In this document: positions 8,922 to 18,183 of the stretch, one piece after another
Position numbering within the stretch: position 1 is the first letter of the stretch
Layout of the letters: each line of letters opens with the position of its first letter
Source: Candidatus Saccharimonadota bacterium
Lineage (GTDB): Bacteria; Patescibacteriota; Saccharimonadia; Saccharimonadales; UBA4665
Length of the DNA: 32,000 bases
NCBI GenBank assembly: GCA_016699935.1
Contig: CP064992.1
Coordinates: forward strand, 390,001 to 422,000
Direction of reading: 5' to 3'
Notes under the pieces: generated by a model
Told to the model about the DNA's origin: nothing
The model's input: only the letters and a program-made list of their open reading frames with translations
The model's database searches: none
Program-made: the position numbers and the translations under genes

Positions 8922-10754
8922 ATGAAAAGCTATTGATATCAGCTTCACTAATAGCCGTTGTAGTTGCATCAAATACGTTACTATTCACTTCTCATTCCCA
9001 AGCCGTTACGGCTAGCGATTGGAAGGCAGGTCTAATTATTGATGACGGCGTTTTTACTAATGCCAATGATATGTCTGTTGCAGATATCCAATCATTTTTG
9101 AATAAAAAGTGCCCAATTGTGATACTAACGGCACACAACCAGCAAGTGAATATGGTCGGTCGGATATAACTCATGCACAATATGCTGCACTTAAGGTTGG
9201 GCGGCACCGCCTTATGTGTGTCTACGCAACTTTTATGAAGTTCCAAAACCGCGCCTAGCCCAGGCATACCCGCAAATAACTATAGTGGCTCAATTCCTGT
9301 AGGTGCCATCAGCGCAGCGCAAATGATATGATGCTGCACAACAATACCGTATTAACCCCAAAGTTTTACTAGTTAAGCTTGGCACTGAATCTCACGGTCC
9401 CCTTACTTCCGATTCATGGCCGCTCAGTTGGCAATATACCTTTGCTATGGGAGCACACTGCCCAGATAGTGGCCCGGGTGGTAGCGCAAACTGTGACACG
9501 AACTATGCTGGTTTCTCGATTCAAATGCGCGAGGCGGCTTCACTCTTGCGCTGGTATCTCGATGGAATGACACAGTCATGGTGGCAATACAGAAAGCCCT
9601 ACCAGGTCAATAGTATCTTGTGGAAGCCGGTTGTATCTGGATGTGGATCCGGAAACGTTTACATTGAGTCGAAAGCAACGGCCGCACTGTATACGTACAC
9701 CCCATACCAACCAAATCAAGCGGCACTTAATAATATGTATGGCACGGGCGATGGTTGTAGCTCGTACGGCAACCGTAACTTCTGGCGTGTTTACAGCGAC
9801 TGGTTCGGCTCAACACGATATGGTAATTTAGTACGTACTAACGGTGGCGGTGTATACCTCATAGAAAATGGCTACAAGAGAGCCTTCCCGAGCGAAATTG
9901 TGTTCCTTAGTTATGCATATAACTGGTCTGGTGTCACCGTCATCAGCCCATCGGAGATGTCATCTATGCCCGATGGCGCAGTGGTACCATACAATATCCA
10001 CTTTAGAGATGGGCACCTCGTTAAATCTCAGTCTGGCGGTGTGTACGTAATAGACAATGGGTTCAAAAGGCCCTTCCCTAACGAGGGGTCTTCTACAGCT
10101 ATGGATATGGCTGGTCAGACGCTCAAGTTATTAGCAACGCTGAATTGAGTCTCATACCCGATGGTTCAGTGATGGCGTACAATGTCCACCTCAGAGATGG
10201 TCGTCTTATCAAATCGTCAAGTGGTGGAGTCTACCTAATTGAAAATGGCCTAAGGAGAGCATTTCCAAGTGAAACCGTATTCCTGAGCTACTCATACAAA
10301 TGGTCTGATGTACTAAATATTAGTTCCTCTGAGCTTTCACTCATACCTGATGGCGCTTATGACATACAATACCCATTTTAAAGATGGACGACATGTCAAA
10401 AATTCGTCGGGCGGTGTATACCAACTTGAAAACGGTGTTAAGCGAGCCTTCCCAAATGAGCTGACATTCCTCAGCTACTCATACAAATGGTCTGACGTAC
10501 TACCCATTAGCAACGCTGAATTGAATCTCATACCCGATGGTTCAGTGATGGGCTATAACGTCCATTTTAGAGATGGATATCTTGTCGCCTTCCCATCTGG
10601 CGGTATGTACGTAATAGACAATGGGTTCAAAAGGCCCTTCCCTAACGAGGGTGTATTCTTCAGCTATGGGTATAAGTTCTTAGACGCCCTGGTTATTAGC
10701 AAGTCTGAGCTGAATCTTATCCCTGATGGGGTGGCAATGCCCCCAAAAATCTAG
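8922..10754 (+). pseudogene. Secreted ~610-aa protein: signal peptide, conserved Cys-containing N-terminal domain (weakly glycan-hydrolase-like), five C-terminal tandem repeats; at least 7 frame breaks
   Basis: The stitched translation reads MK(K)LLISASLIAVVVASNTLLFTSHSQA|VTASDWKAGLIIDDGVFTNANDMSVADIQSFLNKKVPNCDTNGTQPASEYGRSDITHAQYAALKGWAAPPYVCLRNFYEVPKPRPSPGIPANNYSGSIPVGAISAAQMI.DAAQQYRINPKVLLVKLGTESHGPL...AMGAHCPDSGPGGSANCDTNYAGFSIQMREAA.... Breaks are at 8925-8928 (A run), 9104-9108 (A run), ~9193, ~9254, ~9328, 10085-10088 (G run) and ~10354. Confidence 0.75.
9825..10754 (+). repeat. Five tandem ~189-nt (63-aa) coding repeats
   Basis: Repeat unit: xLVKSxSGGVY[LV]I[ED]NGxKRxFPxExVFxSYxYxWSDVxxISxxELxLIPDGxVMxYNxHFRDG. 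Unit starts are near 9825, 10014, 10203, 10391 and 10580. Confidence 0.85.
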
Positions 10755-10783
10755 GTGCACTCCTTTTTCATGCAAATCAGTGT

Positions 10784-11159
10784 CTATTCTTTATACGGGA
10801 GAACAATTTTCTTACCATCTTTTCGCATGACAGATATATCCCATCCCTCTTTACGCTCTCTCGACTCGCCAAATAATACGCCCCACTTTGCTTTTGGAAA
10901 GTAAAGGTCCATCAACTTCTGGTGACTCTTTGACTGAAAATCCATCAAAGTCCGAATTTGAAAACCTGCTGTACTCTGATTCAATCAATTGGCGTTCAAT
11001 ATCTGTAAGCTCATTTTTCTTGAAGCTTAAGCCAAATAACACTGGCCTGATGCGGCCACCCTTAATCAAAATCTTCGTTTCAACTTCTGCAAAATAGACT
11101 TCGTAAAATTTTCCTAAATCATTCTCATGGTAATATCTTAAAATATTTTTCAGCATCAA
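10784..11159 (-). pseudogene. Hypothetical ~125-aa protein, last gene of the island operon, one frame break
   Basis: Pieces 10851-11159 (MMLKNILRYYHENDLGKFYEVYFAEVETKILIKGG...) and 10784-10984 (...HQKLMDLYFPKAKWGVLFGESRERKEGWDISVMRKDGKKIVLPYKE) overlap in adjacent frames. I recognise no domain. Confidence 0.45.
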
Positions 11160-11164
11160 CGATG

Positions 11165-11982
11165 CTATCTTTTAAAACCTCGCTCCTTGTAGAGTGTATA
11201 GTTGCTCCAGGCATGCTGAAGATCTGCTTTGTCGTCCATGAGGTATTCTTTAAATCTTATATAGTCAATATTACTTAAAATTTCGCAGCGCAGATCATCA
11301 CCAGCTTCGAGACAAAGCTTTTGTTTTTGGATACTGTCTTGCCCATCATGTATACGGTAGATAACCAGGTTCTTTTCTAGCAGCATGAACTTATATTTAT
11401 GTAGGAGCTCAGTCTGTACCATAAATCATAGTCTTGGGTTACGGGCAATGCCGGATTAAATCCCCACTTTCAATTAAAGCTATCTTTGGTATCAACAGTG
11501 CGCAACCATTTATTCCTACATCCGCGGAAGTCGCTAGAAATATATCAAAGTATTTAAATGTTTTCTTATTAATTAGCCCTGCTTTTTTATTCCACTAGGG
11601 TATAAGCTACGGGCATTACTGACAACAATCGTGTCATTTGCTCGCGATGATACTATCAGTTTTATTTGCTCTTCAATCTTTCTTTTTCATAAAGGTCATC
11701 ATGTGACAACCACGAAAAATACTCACCAGTCATTTTCTGGGTGCCAAAATTCAGCGTACTCGCTACGCCGCCATTCTCTTTATTGTAGTATCTGATCTTA
11801 CTTCCGTACGACTTGGCAATTTTCTCTGTTGCACCACCATCAGTAGAACCGTCATTAACAACAATGGTCTCAACATTTTTATATGTCTGGGCAAGAGCAC
11901 TATCTATGGCTTCTCTGAGGTAGTTAGAGCCATTGTAGACGGGGATTACGATGGAGACTTTAGGGGTATCCTCTGCCTTCAT
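11165..11982 (-). pseudogene. GT2-family glycosyltransferase, about 3 frame breaks
   Basis: N-terminal piece 11662-11982: [43 protein letters not shown]...WLSHDD (GT-A fold, DxD-type). The middle region contains QDYDLWYRL in another frame. C-terminal piece 11165-11422: LVIYRIHDGQDS. Confidence 0.75.
11876..11964. repeat. ~89-nt block, ~93% identical to 16027-16115 (paralogous GT2 5' regions)
   Basis: Hand alignment: tttttatatgtctgGgcaagagcactatctatggcttctCtGaggtagttagagccattgtagacGgggattacGatggagactttAgg versus the copy at 16027. 6 mismatches. Confidence 0.85.
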
Positions 11983-11983
11983 G

Positions 11984-13360
11984 TCAGATCTTCAGTTTGC
12001 TTCGAATTATTCGGAATGACCTAATAACTATTTTACTACCGGTCTTTGACAAACCTTCGTATTCAATATTGGCCTTGAGTCTTCTGGGAATCGTTGCGGC
12101 TTTAGACAGTAACAGAAGTGTCCCATTAGTATTTTTGTGCTGATTACCTTCGTTGATAGACGACGAAAAAGATTTCGTTCAGTTCTCTTGAGAGCACACT
12201 CGAGAATAGCTGTTGATTCTGAATCGAATAACCTAGCTCACTATCAAGTGTTTTATGAAGCTCATTTTTGTCACTTATCTCTATCAGTGAATTGATAAGA
12301 TAGCGCCACTTGTTACCTATATGGTTTGAGTCATATGACTCAACCTTCTTCTTTGCATTTTCACTTAGTTTTTTATATAGTCTATTGTCATTTAAGATAT
12401 CACTGACTCTTAGCGCCATCGAAGGAATGTCACCCTGTTCGGTAATGTAGCCATTTTCTCCATTGGTTATGATATCCTCAATGCCTGGTATGTAATTACA
12501 GACAGACGGCACCCCAAAGCACGCCGCTTCATTTAATACCATACCAAAACCTTCGCTATTTGATGTAAGCAATAAAACTCTTGCTTCAACATAATAATCT
12601 TGCACATTGCTTACTTCGCCCACAAAGCTCAGGCAGTCAGATGGTATGGCGAAATTATTGATTAAATCATTTACCGTAGCATTGTCGTTCGATCTTATGG
12701 GGACATCGTTATCATACTTCCCGACCAATACTAACTTTGCATCGGGTACATCTTTGAGAACTAATGAGAAACACTCTAGTATCCTGTCAATTCTCTTCAC
12801 ATAATCATTGAATCTACCAACGCAAATAATTGTCTTGCTCCTAGATGCCTTGTCAACCTTTTTCGAGACTTCAAAGTTGTTTGGGTTGCCAATAACGTAG
12901 TTATTCTGAACATACATTCCGCAGAGTGCAGCGTTAAAATTGTTTGGCCATACAATAGCATCACAGTTCTCGTAGGCGTTCAACCTTTTCTCAACTACAT
13001 CATAGTGCGCAGGGCTTTTATAAGGGTAAAAATAGTACTCGTGATTTGAGGCTATTGTTTTAATCTTTGTACCTACACAAAGATCGTAAAAGTTTTGTTG
13101 TTTGTCGAACAAATTGATACATCCAATCACTACATCAACATCTAAGAGTAATGCATAGGCCAAAATTAACGAATCGAAGTGCTCTACGAAGAGATCGTCA
13201 GCTATTTTTATACTCGTAACATACTCAGGAACATCAATATAACTCTTTCTCTCATCATATGGTGTAATTAAAAATATTTCATAATCATTCTTTTAATTCT
13301 CTAAAAAGAGTGGACATTACTCTTCCATGCCCCTGTCAACCAATGTGCCGAGCTAAACAT
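11984..13360 (-). pseudogene. GT4-family glycosyltransferase; intact core ORF 12144-13163, frame breaks at both ends
   Basis: Core contains LLLTSNSEGFGMVLNEAACFGVPSV (GT4 EX7E region). The N-terminus stitches from ATG 13360 (MFSSAH..VDRGMEEVMSTLFRELKKNDYEIFLITPYDE). The C-terminal tail stitches to ...[33 protein letters not shown], with TGA at 11984-11986, one nt before the next ATG (11982). Confidence 0.7.
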
Positions 13361-13373
13361 TATCTTCTTTTTG

Positions 13374-14326
13374 CTAGTTGGTTTTGCAAACTTTGAAATT
13401 AGCGTACCCGCTCCAGTAGCCATCTGGTGCTCTGGGTAAACAAGATAAATCGTCAAGCAAAATCATTTTTGCAACATCGTGACCATTCTGGACTATCGAC
13501 CCATATATAATTTTTTCTATTAGAAATGCGGCAGTTCTCGGAATCCAGCATCAAAAATTTGCTTATAAGAAGCGACCGCATTTTCCCTGCTGCCAAAGTA
13601 ACTAGTAATATCCTCATAGCTTAAACTATTTATAACCTCAGAATGAAGAAAATCATAATCATGCTCTGCCGTCGGACCAATTAACGATTCCTGCTCAATA
13701 TGTGAACCGTAGTTTAATAGCGATTGACTGACAACTCTGAAATTTGCACCAGCAGATATTAACCTGCTAAGCATCACATAGTCTTGATATGGCGGAGTGA
13801 ACTATCAAATTGCCCACTATTCTTAAACATTTCTGTTGGAATAAGCATCGCGCAAGTGTTTAGACGCATCTCTGTAGCGAATGCTATGTAACAACCCGGA
13901 TGCTGCTCCAGCCTAGTGTCTACAGTGCAGTCATGTACTGTTCGGCCATTTTGGTTAACGATTGCCCAATTTGAAACTATTATCTTACTGCTAGCTTTAG
14001 TGACTCGTTTGACCAGTTGATCTCACTCTATCCGGCTCGTAAGTATCACCATTCGACAGCCATGAAAAATATCGGCCAGTTGACTTCTCGACACCATAAT
14101 TAAGCGCTTCGGCTACGCTACTATTTGGTCTTGTAAGAAACGTTATCCTATCACAGCTATATGACTTAACAATTTGATCAGCTACTCCACGGCTAGTGAG
14201 TTCGTTGCCTACTACAATAATTTCGATGTTATCATACGTTTGAGCTATGACGCTGTCTAGGGTATCTTTGAGATAATTCGAGTTCTCGTGGACGGGGATG
14301 ATAATAGAAACTCTAAGTTTCATCAC
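13374..14326 (-). pseudogene. GT2-family glycosyltransferase, several frame breaks
   Basis: N-terminal piece 13997-14326: KLRVSIIIPVHENSNYLKDTLDSVIAQTYDNIEIIVVGNE...WLSNGD. Piece 13520-13777 contains HDYDF. The stitched C-terminus ...IIYGSIVQNGHDVAKMILLDDLSCLPRAPDGYWSGYANFKVCKTN ends at TAG 13374-13376. Confidence 0.65.
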
Positions 14327-14329
14327 TTA

Positions 14330-16130
14330 TCAATCTCCTTCTTGCTTCTGACTGCCTTTATTGTTGCTATACCCCGCGATAAAGTTTGCGGGTAGCACGA
14401 AATGGAATACTACTTTTACTTTTGCTTTTATTACTGAGTCTTTGGTTGGGGTTAGTTGAATTGCTTCAGGCTGAACGGAAACTACCGGTCCTTCATATAA
14501 CAGGTGGTTATGCTCTTTTCACGTATGTCACTATTTATCTCAAAGAAGTAATTACATAGTACGGCTATATCCTGGTCGTACTGTGAGTAATAATCATCGT
14601 TCAGTAGGTACGTAATCAAGTTTTTTATTCCGACTATCAGTTTATTGCTGTCTTGTGCGTGAGTTGTGTTGTCAACATTAACAACCGTCAGTGGCTCATT
14701 TATTAGCAGGATTTCTGACCATTTGGCAATCTCAAGCCAAAAACGAGTGTCCTCGCCAATTCTAATGCTTTCATCAAAATAGATGTTATTATCAAGCAAG
14801 AACTTCTTACGAACGATTACTGTCGGGGTTGCAATTGTACAGTTGCTTATTATCCGCGGTATGACAATGCCTGTTAGCCCCCGGATCGCACTTCACGATT
14901 TGTTTATCTCTCTCGCGCCTTGTATATGAAGTATAGCTAATGGTGGGGTTATGTTTCGCCATCATAGCCAGCTGTTTCTCGATTTTGTCTGGCATAAACT
15001 CATCATCAGAGTCCAGGAATGCAATATACTCACCGGTTGAATGTTCGATACCGTGATTACGCGCCTTCTGCTGGGCCTGAGTTGGCTTTCAGGGTGACAA
15101 GTTTAATGTTTTTATGCGCTTCTGTTAATTTCTTAATTTTACTTATATTATCTGTGGAGTAATCATCGACTAGCACAATTTCGATATCAGTATATGTTTG
15201 GTTTAGTGCAGAATTAATTGCATTGATGGTCTTATCCACTCTGTTATAAAAAGGTATGACCACCGATACTTTGGGATTAAAAGACAGTTGCTCAAGCTCT
15301 TTTTTGAGTTCTGAAAACTTATCCTGGGCATATGCTAGAGCACCGGTATATGGAGTCGAGTTAAGAAAATTGACCATTTCAAAATAGAAGTTATTTAGTG
15401 TGCCTTCATATTTTATCTTCTCGTTTTTTGGTAAGCTCTTTATCATGTCAATCCACAGTTCGTCGCCCTCTGCGACTACCCTCGGAGAGACCTGCGTGTC
15501 CTGTTCTGAATGAAGCCTCGTGATAGATACTACGTCTTCCATGTGAACGAAATCATACTTAGCCTCAATCCTGCGCCAATAATCATAGTCTTGAGTACAC
15601 CGAAGTTTCTCATCAAACGCACCCATTTCGTCTAAGATGGATTTGGGAATCAAAATAGTAATACCATTAACGCAGCCCCGAAGTAGTGAGTACCTGCTCT
15701 TCCTCGTCAACATTTCATGATTATGAACCACCGGTGTAATTTGCTGACCTATGAGAATTGAATAATTCGCATATAGAAATACTTTTTTAAAGTTCAGCTT
15801 CGCTAAGAAATTAATCTGTTTTTCAATCTTATCCTGATAGTATAAGTCATCGTGACTTAGCCAACAAAAATACTCACCTGACATTTTTTTAATTCCAAGA
15901 TTGATTGCAGTGGCGACGCCACCATTTTCTTTGGCGTAGTAGCTTATTTTATTACCATATGACTTGGCAATTTTTTCAGTTGCCCCATCATCGTTCGAAC
16001 CATCGTTCACAACGATTATTTCAATGTTTTTATATGTCTGAGCAAGAGCACTATCTATGGCTTCTTTTAGGTAGTTAGAGCCATTGTAGACTGGGATTAC
16101 TATGGAGACTTTGGGATTTCCAGCGTTCAT
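14330..16130 (-). pseudogene. Two-domain (GT2-GT2) glycosyltransferase, first domain intact, second domain frame-broken
   Basis: ORF 15057-16187 holds domain 1 ([43 protein letters not shown]...WLSHDD...QDYDYW) and the start of domain 2 (PKVSVVIPFYNRVDKTINAINSALNQTYTDIEIVLVDDYSTD). Pieces 14807-14995 and 14482-14799 continue domain 2 (EYIAFLDSDDEF in a shifted frame, then GEDTRFW). The likely start is the MNAGN ATG at 16130. The stitched stop is TGA 14330-14332. Confidence 0.8.
16027..16115. repeat. Partner copy of the 11876-11964 block
   Basis: See 11876-11964. It lies in the 5' region of the two-domain GT2 gene. Confidence 0.85.
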
Positions 16131-17080
16131 CTTTTTCGCCTTTTTACCGTATGCCCCAATTCTGCCAACTTCGAGGAAAAGCGCCATCTTTTGCTACTAT
16201 AGATTTCTCTCAGCTCTTTATTTAATGCCGATACTATTTGCTCAAGAGCGCCAATCTCTCATTTTACTGGCATACTCATTTTTGAGTACTTCATATTTGG
16301 CATCAATAATCTTTAGCTTTGAAGCCCTTTGATCTTGGATATCTAAAATATTTTTACAAAATTAAAGTTATTATCCCTTAACTCGTCAAACACCTCTTCG
16401 ACAGTCACTGCCCTTAGGGGAAATGTGAAATAATCACTAACTTTTGGCATATTATCTTTACTGGCAATGCAGATAATACTATTAATATGTATGCTTTTGG
16501 GAATCTTGTCGTAAGTTATGCCTTCAAGATCCTCATAGAAGAACTCAACATTTTTATACTTTGGGAAATCTTTTTCAGTAATACCTGTAAGTAAATGGTA
16601 TATATTACCTGGGGCTTCATTGTAGGGGACGTTGATACACAGCCTGTTCGTAAACTTATCTTCTTTTACGATAGCTAATCCATTTTTAATATGCTCTAGA
16701 ACATGTCTAGTCACAATATAAGAGTAGTCTTCCTTCTTTTTCAAGAATTTAATCGCATCGCAGATTTCATAGTCTATTTTTTTACTGTAATAGTTTCTTT
16801 TCGCCCACTCTAATGATTCCTCGGAAACATCGATGCTCTTTACAATATTTGTTTGTTCTATGTTAGCATAAGTGAACGAAGCATACCCTGTTCCAAAACC
16901 TAAATCCAATATAGATATATCTTTAAGATTAAGGGAAGCTACATCCTTCTTGATTATCTGCTTAAAAAAATGATGGGAGCTAAAATGCCTCACTAGTTCA
17001 CAATCATCGTGTGATAAAAAAGGGACCAATCTTTCTCCGTCATTAAAGATAGAATCCACATCAATATTTTCTTGACCCAT
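16127..17080 (-). pseudogene. Class I SAM-dependent methyltransferase with a ~70-aa C-terminal coiled-coil/basic tail; tail reachable only through two frame changes
   Basis: ORF 16343-17098 carries motif I ILDLGFGTGY. The likely start is ATG 17080 (TAATG overlap with the epimerase stop). After the TAG at 16343, the adjacent frame reads (K)NILDIQDQRASKLKIIDAKYEVLKNEYASK. The original frame then resumes as EIGALEQIVSALNKELREIYSSKRWRFSSKLAELGHTVKRRKR. It ends in a TGA (16127-16129) that overlaps the next ATG (16128-16130). Confidence 0.65.
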
Positions 17081-18183
17081 TAGACCCCCTTCTTCCATAC
17101 TGTCCGATTAATATACCCTGTGTAGCTCATGATTATCCTCACGCCCTTTTGTGAGACATTATCGACATCGTAGTCCTTTACTATAGGCATTCGAGTAGAT
17201 GTCACGATCTTAATTGAATCTAGGATAGTATCCTTATCGAGGCCAGTCATTATGAGCGTACCCTCGTCCATGCCCTCTGGTCGTTCGTGCGCCTGACGCA
17301 CGGTAATAGCTGGGAACCCTAACAGTGACGATTCCTCGGTAATGGTGCCACTGTCAGAGATAACACAGTAGGCATTCTGCTGGAGCTTAATATAATCCGC
17401 AAATCCAAGAGGTTTCATTGGCTGCACTAGTTCGTGCAGCTTGATGCCCTTGGCGTCAATAAGCTTCTGCGTCCTCGGGTGAACCGAGAAAATGACCGGC
17501 ATCTTATAGGTTTCGCAGATTGCGCTGATAGATTCAATAAGGTCAGTGAAGTTTTTCGCTATCCACATTCTCTTCACGGTGAGCGCTAAGTAAAAATATC
17601 CTTTCGGGCTTAAACCTAGCTGATCTAGCACATTACTATCGTCAATCGATTGTTTATGCTTGGATAGTACTTCTTTCATACTAGAACCAACTTTAATAAC
17701 TGTTTCTGGACGAATACCCTCTGCGACCAAATATCGCCTGGCATGTTCGGTTAGTGTCATATTAATATCACTTAAGTGATCCACCACCTTTCGGTTGAGC
17801 TCCTCGGGGACTCTTTGGTCAAAGCATCTATTGCCCGCCTCCATATGAAATACAGGTATTTTGTTTCTTTTTGCAGAAATGGATGCTAGGCAAGAATTTG
17901 TGTCGCCATACAAAAGTACGGCGTCTGGCCTATGTTCTTTAAATATCTTATCTGACTCAATAATCACGTTGCCTATTGTTTCAGCTGCATCTTTACCTGC
18001 GGCATTCATAAATATGTCTGGCTTTCTAATGCCCATACCATCGAAAAAGATTTCGTTCAGTTCATAGTCATAGTTCTGACCGGTGTGAACGAGCACGTGC
18101 TCGGTGTATATATCGAGTTCTGGGATGACGCATGCTAACTTGATAATCTCTGGCCTTGTACCAACTATTGTCATGACTTTCAT
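17080..18183 (-). CDS. UDP-N-acetylglucosamine 2-epimerase family (non-hydrolysing; FnlC/CapG/WbvD-like); ORF open but contains a locally scrambled 12-codon stretch
   Basis: 367-aa ORF: MKVMTIVGTRPEIIKL...VLLYGDTNS...ISDSGTITEESSLLGFPAITVRQAHERPEG. The family HREEN motif is present only in an alternative frame between 17552 and 17596 (see finding). Confidence 0.85.
   Translation of the reverse strand: MKVMTIVGTRPEIIKLACVIPELDIYTEHVLVHTGQNYDYELNEIFFDGMGIRKPDIFMNAAGKDAAETIGNVIIESDKIFKEHRPDAVLLYGDTNSCLASISAKRNKIPVFHMEAGNRCFDQRVPEELNRKVVDHLSDINMTLTEHARRYLVAEGIRPETVIKVGSSMKEVLSKHKQSIDDSNVLDQLGLSPKGYFYLALTVKRMWIAKNFTDLIESISAICETYKMPVIFSVHPRTQKLIDAKGIKLHELVQPMKPLGFADYIKLQQNAYCVISDSGTITEESSLLGFPAITVRQAHERPEGMDEGTLIMTGLDKDTILDSIKIVTSTRMPIVKDYDVDNVSQKGVRIIMSYTGYINRTVWKKGV

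Noticed and set aside
9379-9570. 63-aa ORF overlapping the secreted protein gene in another frame
   Set aside because: The frame starting at 9330 reads continuously through this region with conserved-looking sequence (DAAQQYRINPKVLLVKLGTESHGPL...AMGAHCPD). The 9379 ORF is an out-of-frame overlap.
10032-16115. Diversity-generating retroelement (template/variable repeat pairs) as the explanation for the near-identical blocks (10032/10596 and 11876/16027)
   Set aside because: The mismatches are not adenine-specific (G/A, C/T, G/T, A/G). There is no reverse transcriptase or accessory gene in the window. The blocks lie in conserved catalytic or repeat-core regions rather than in C-terminal ligand-binding tips.
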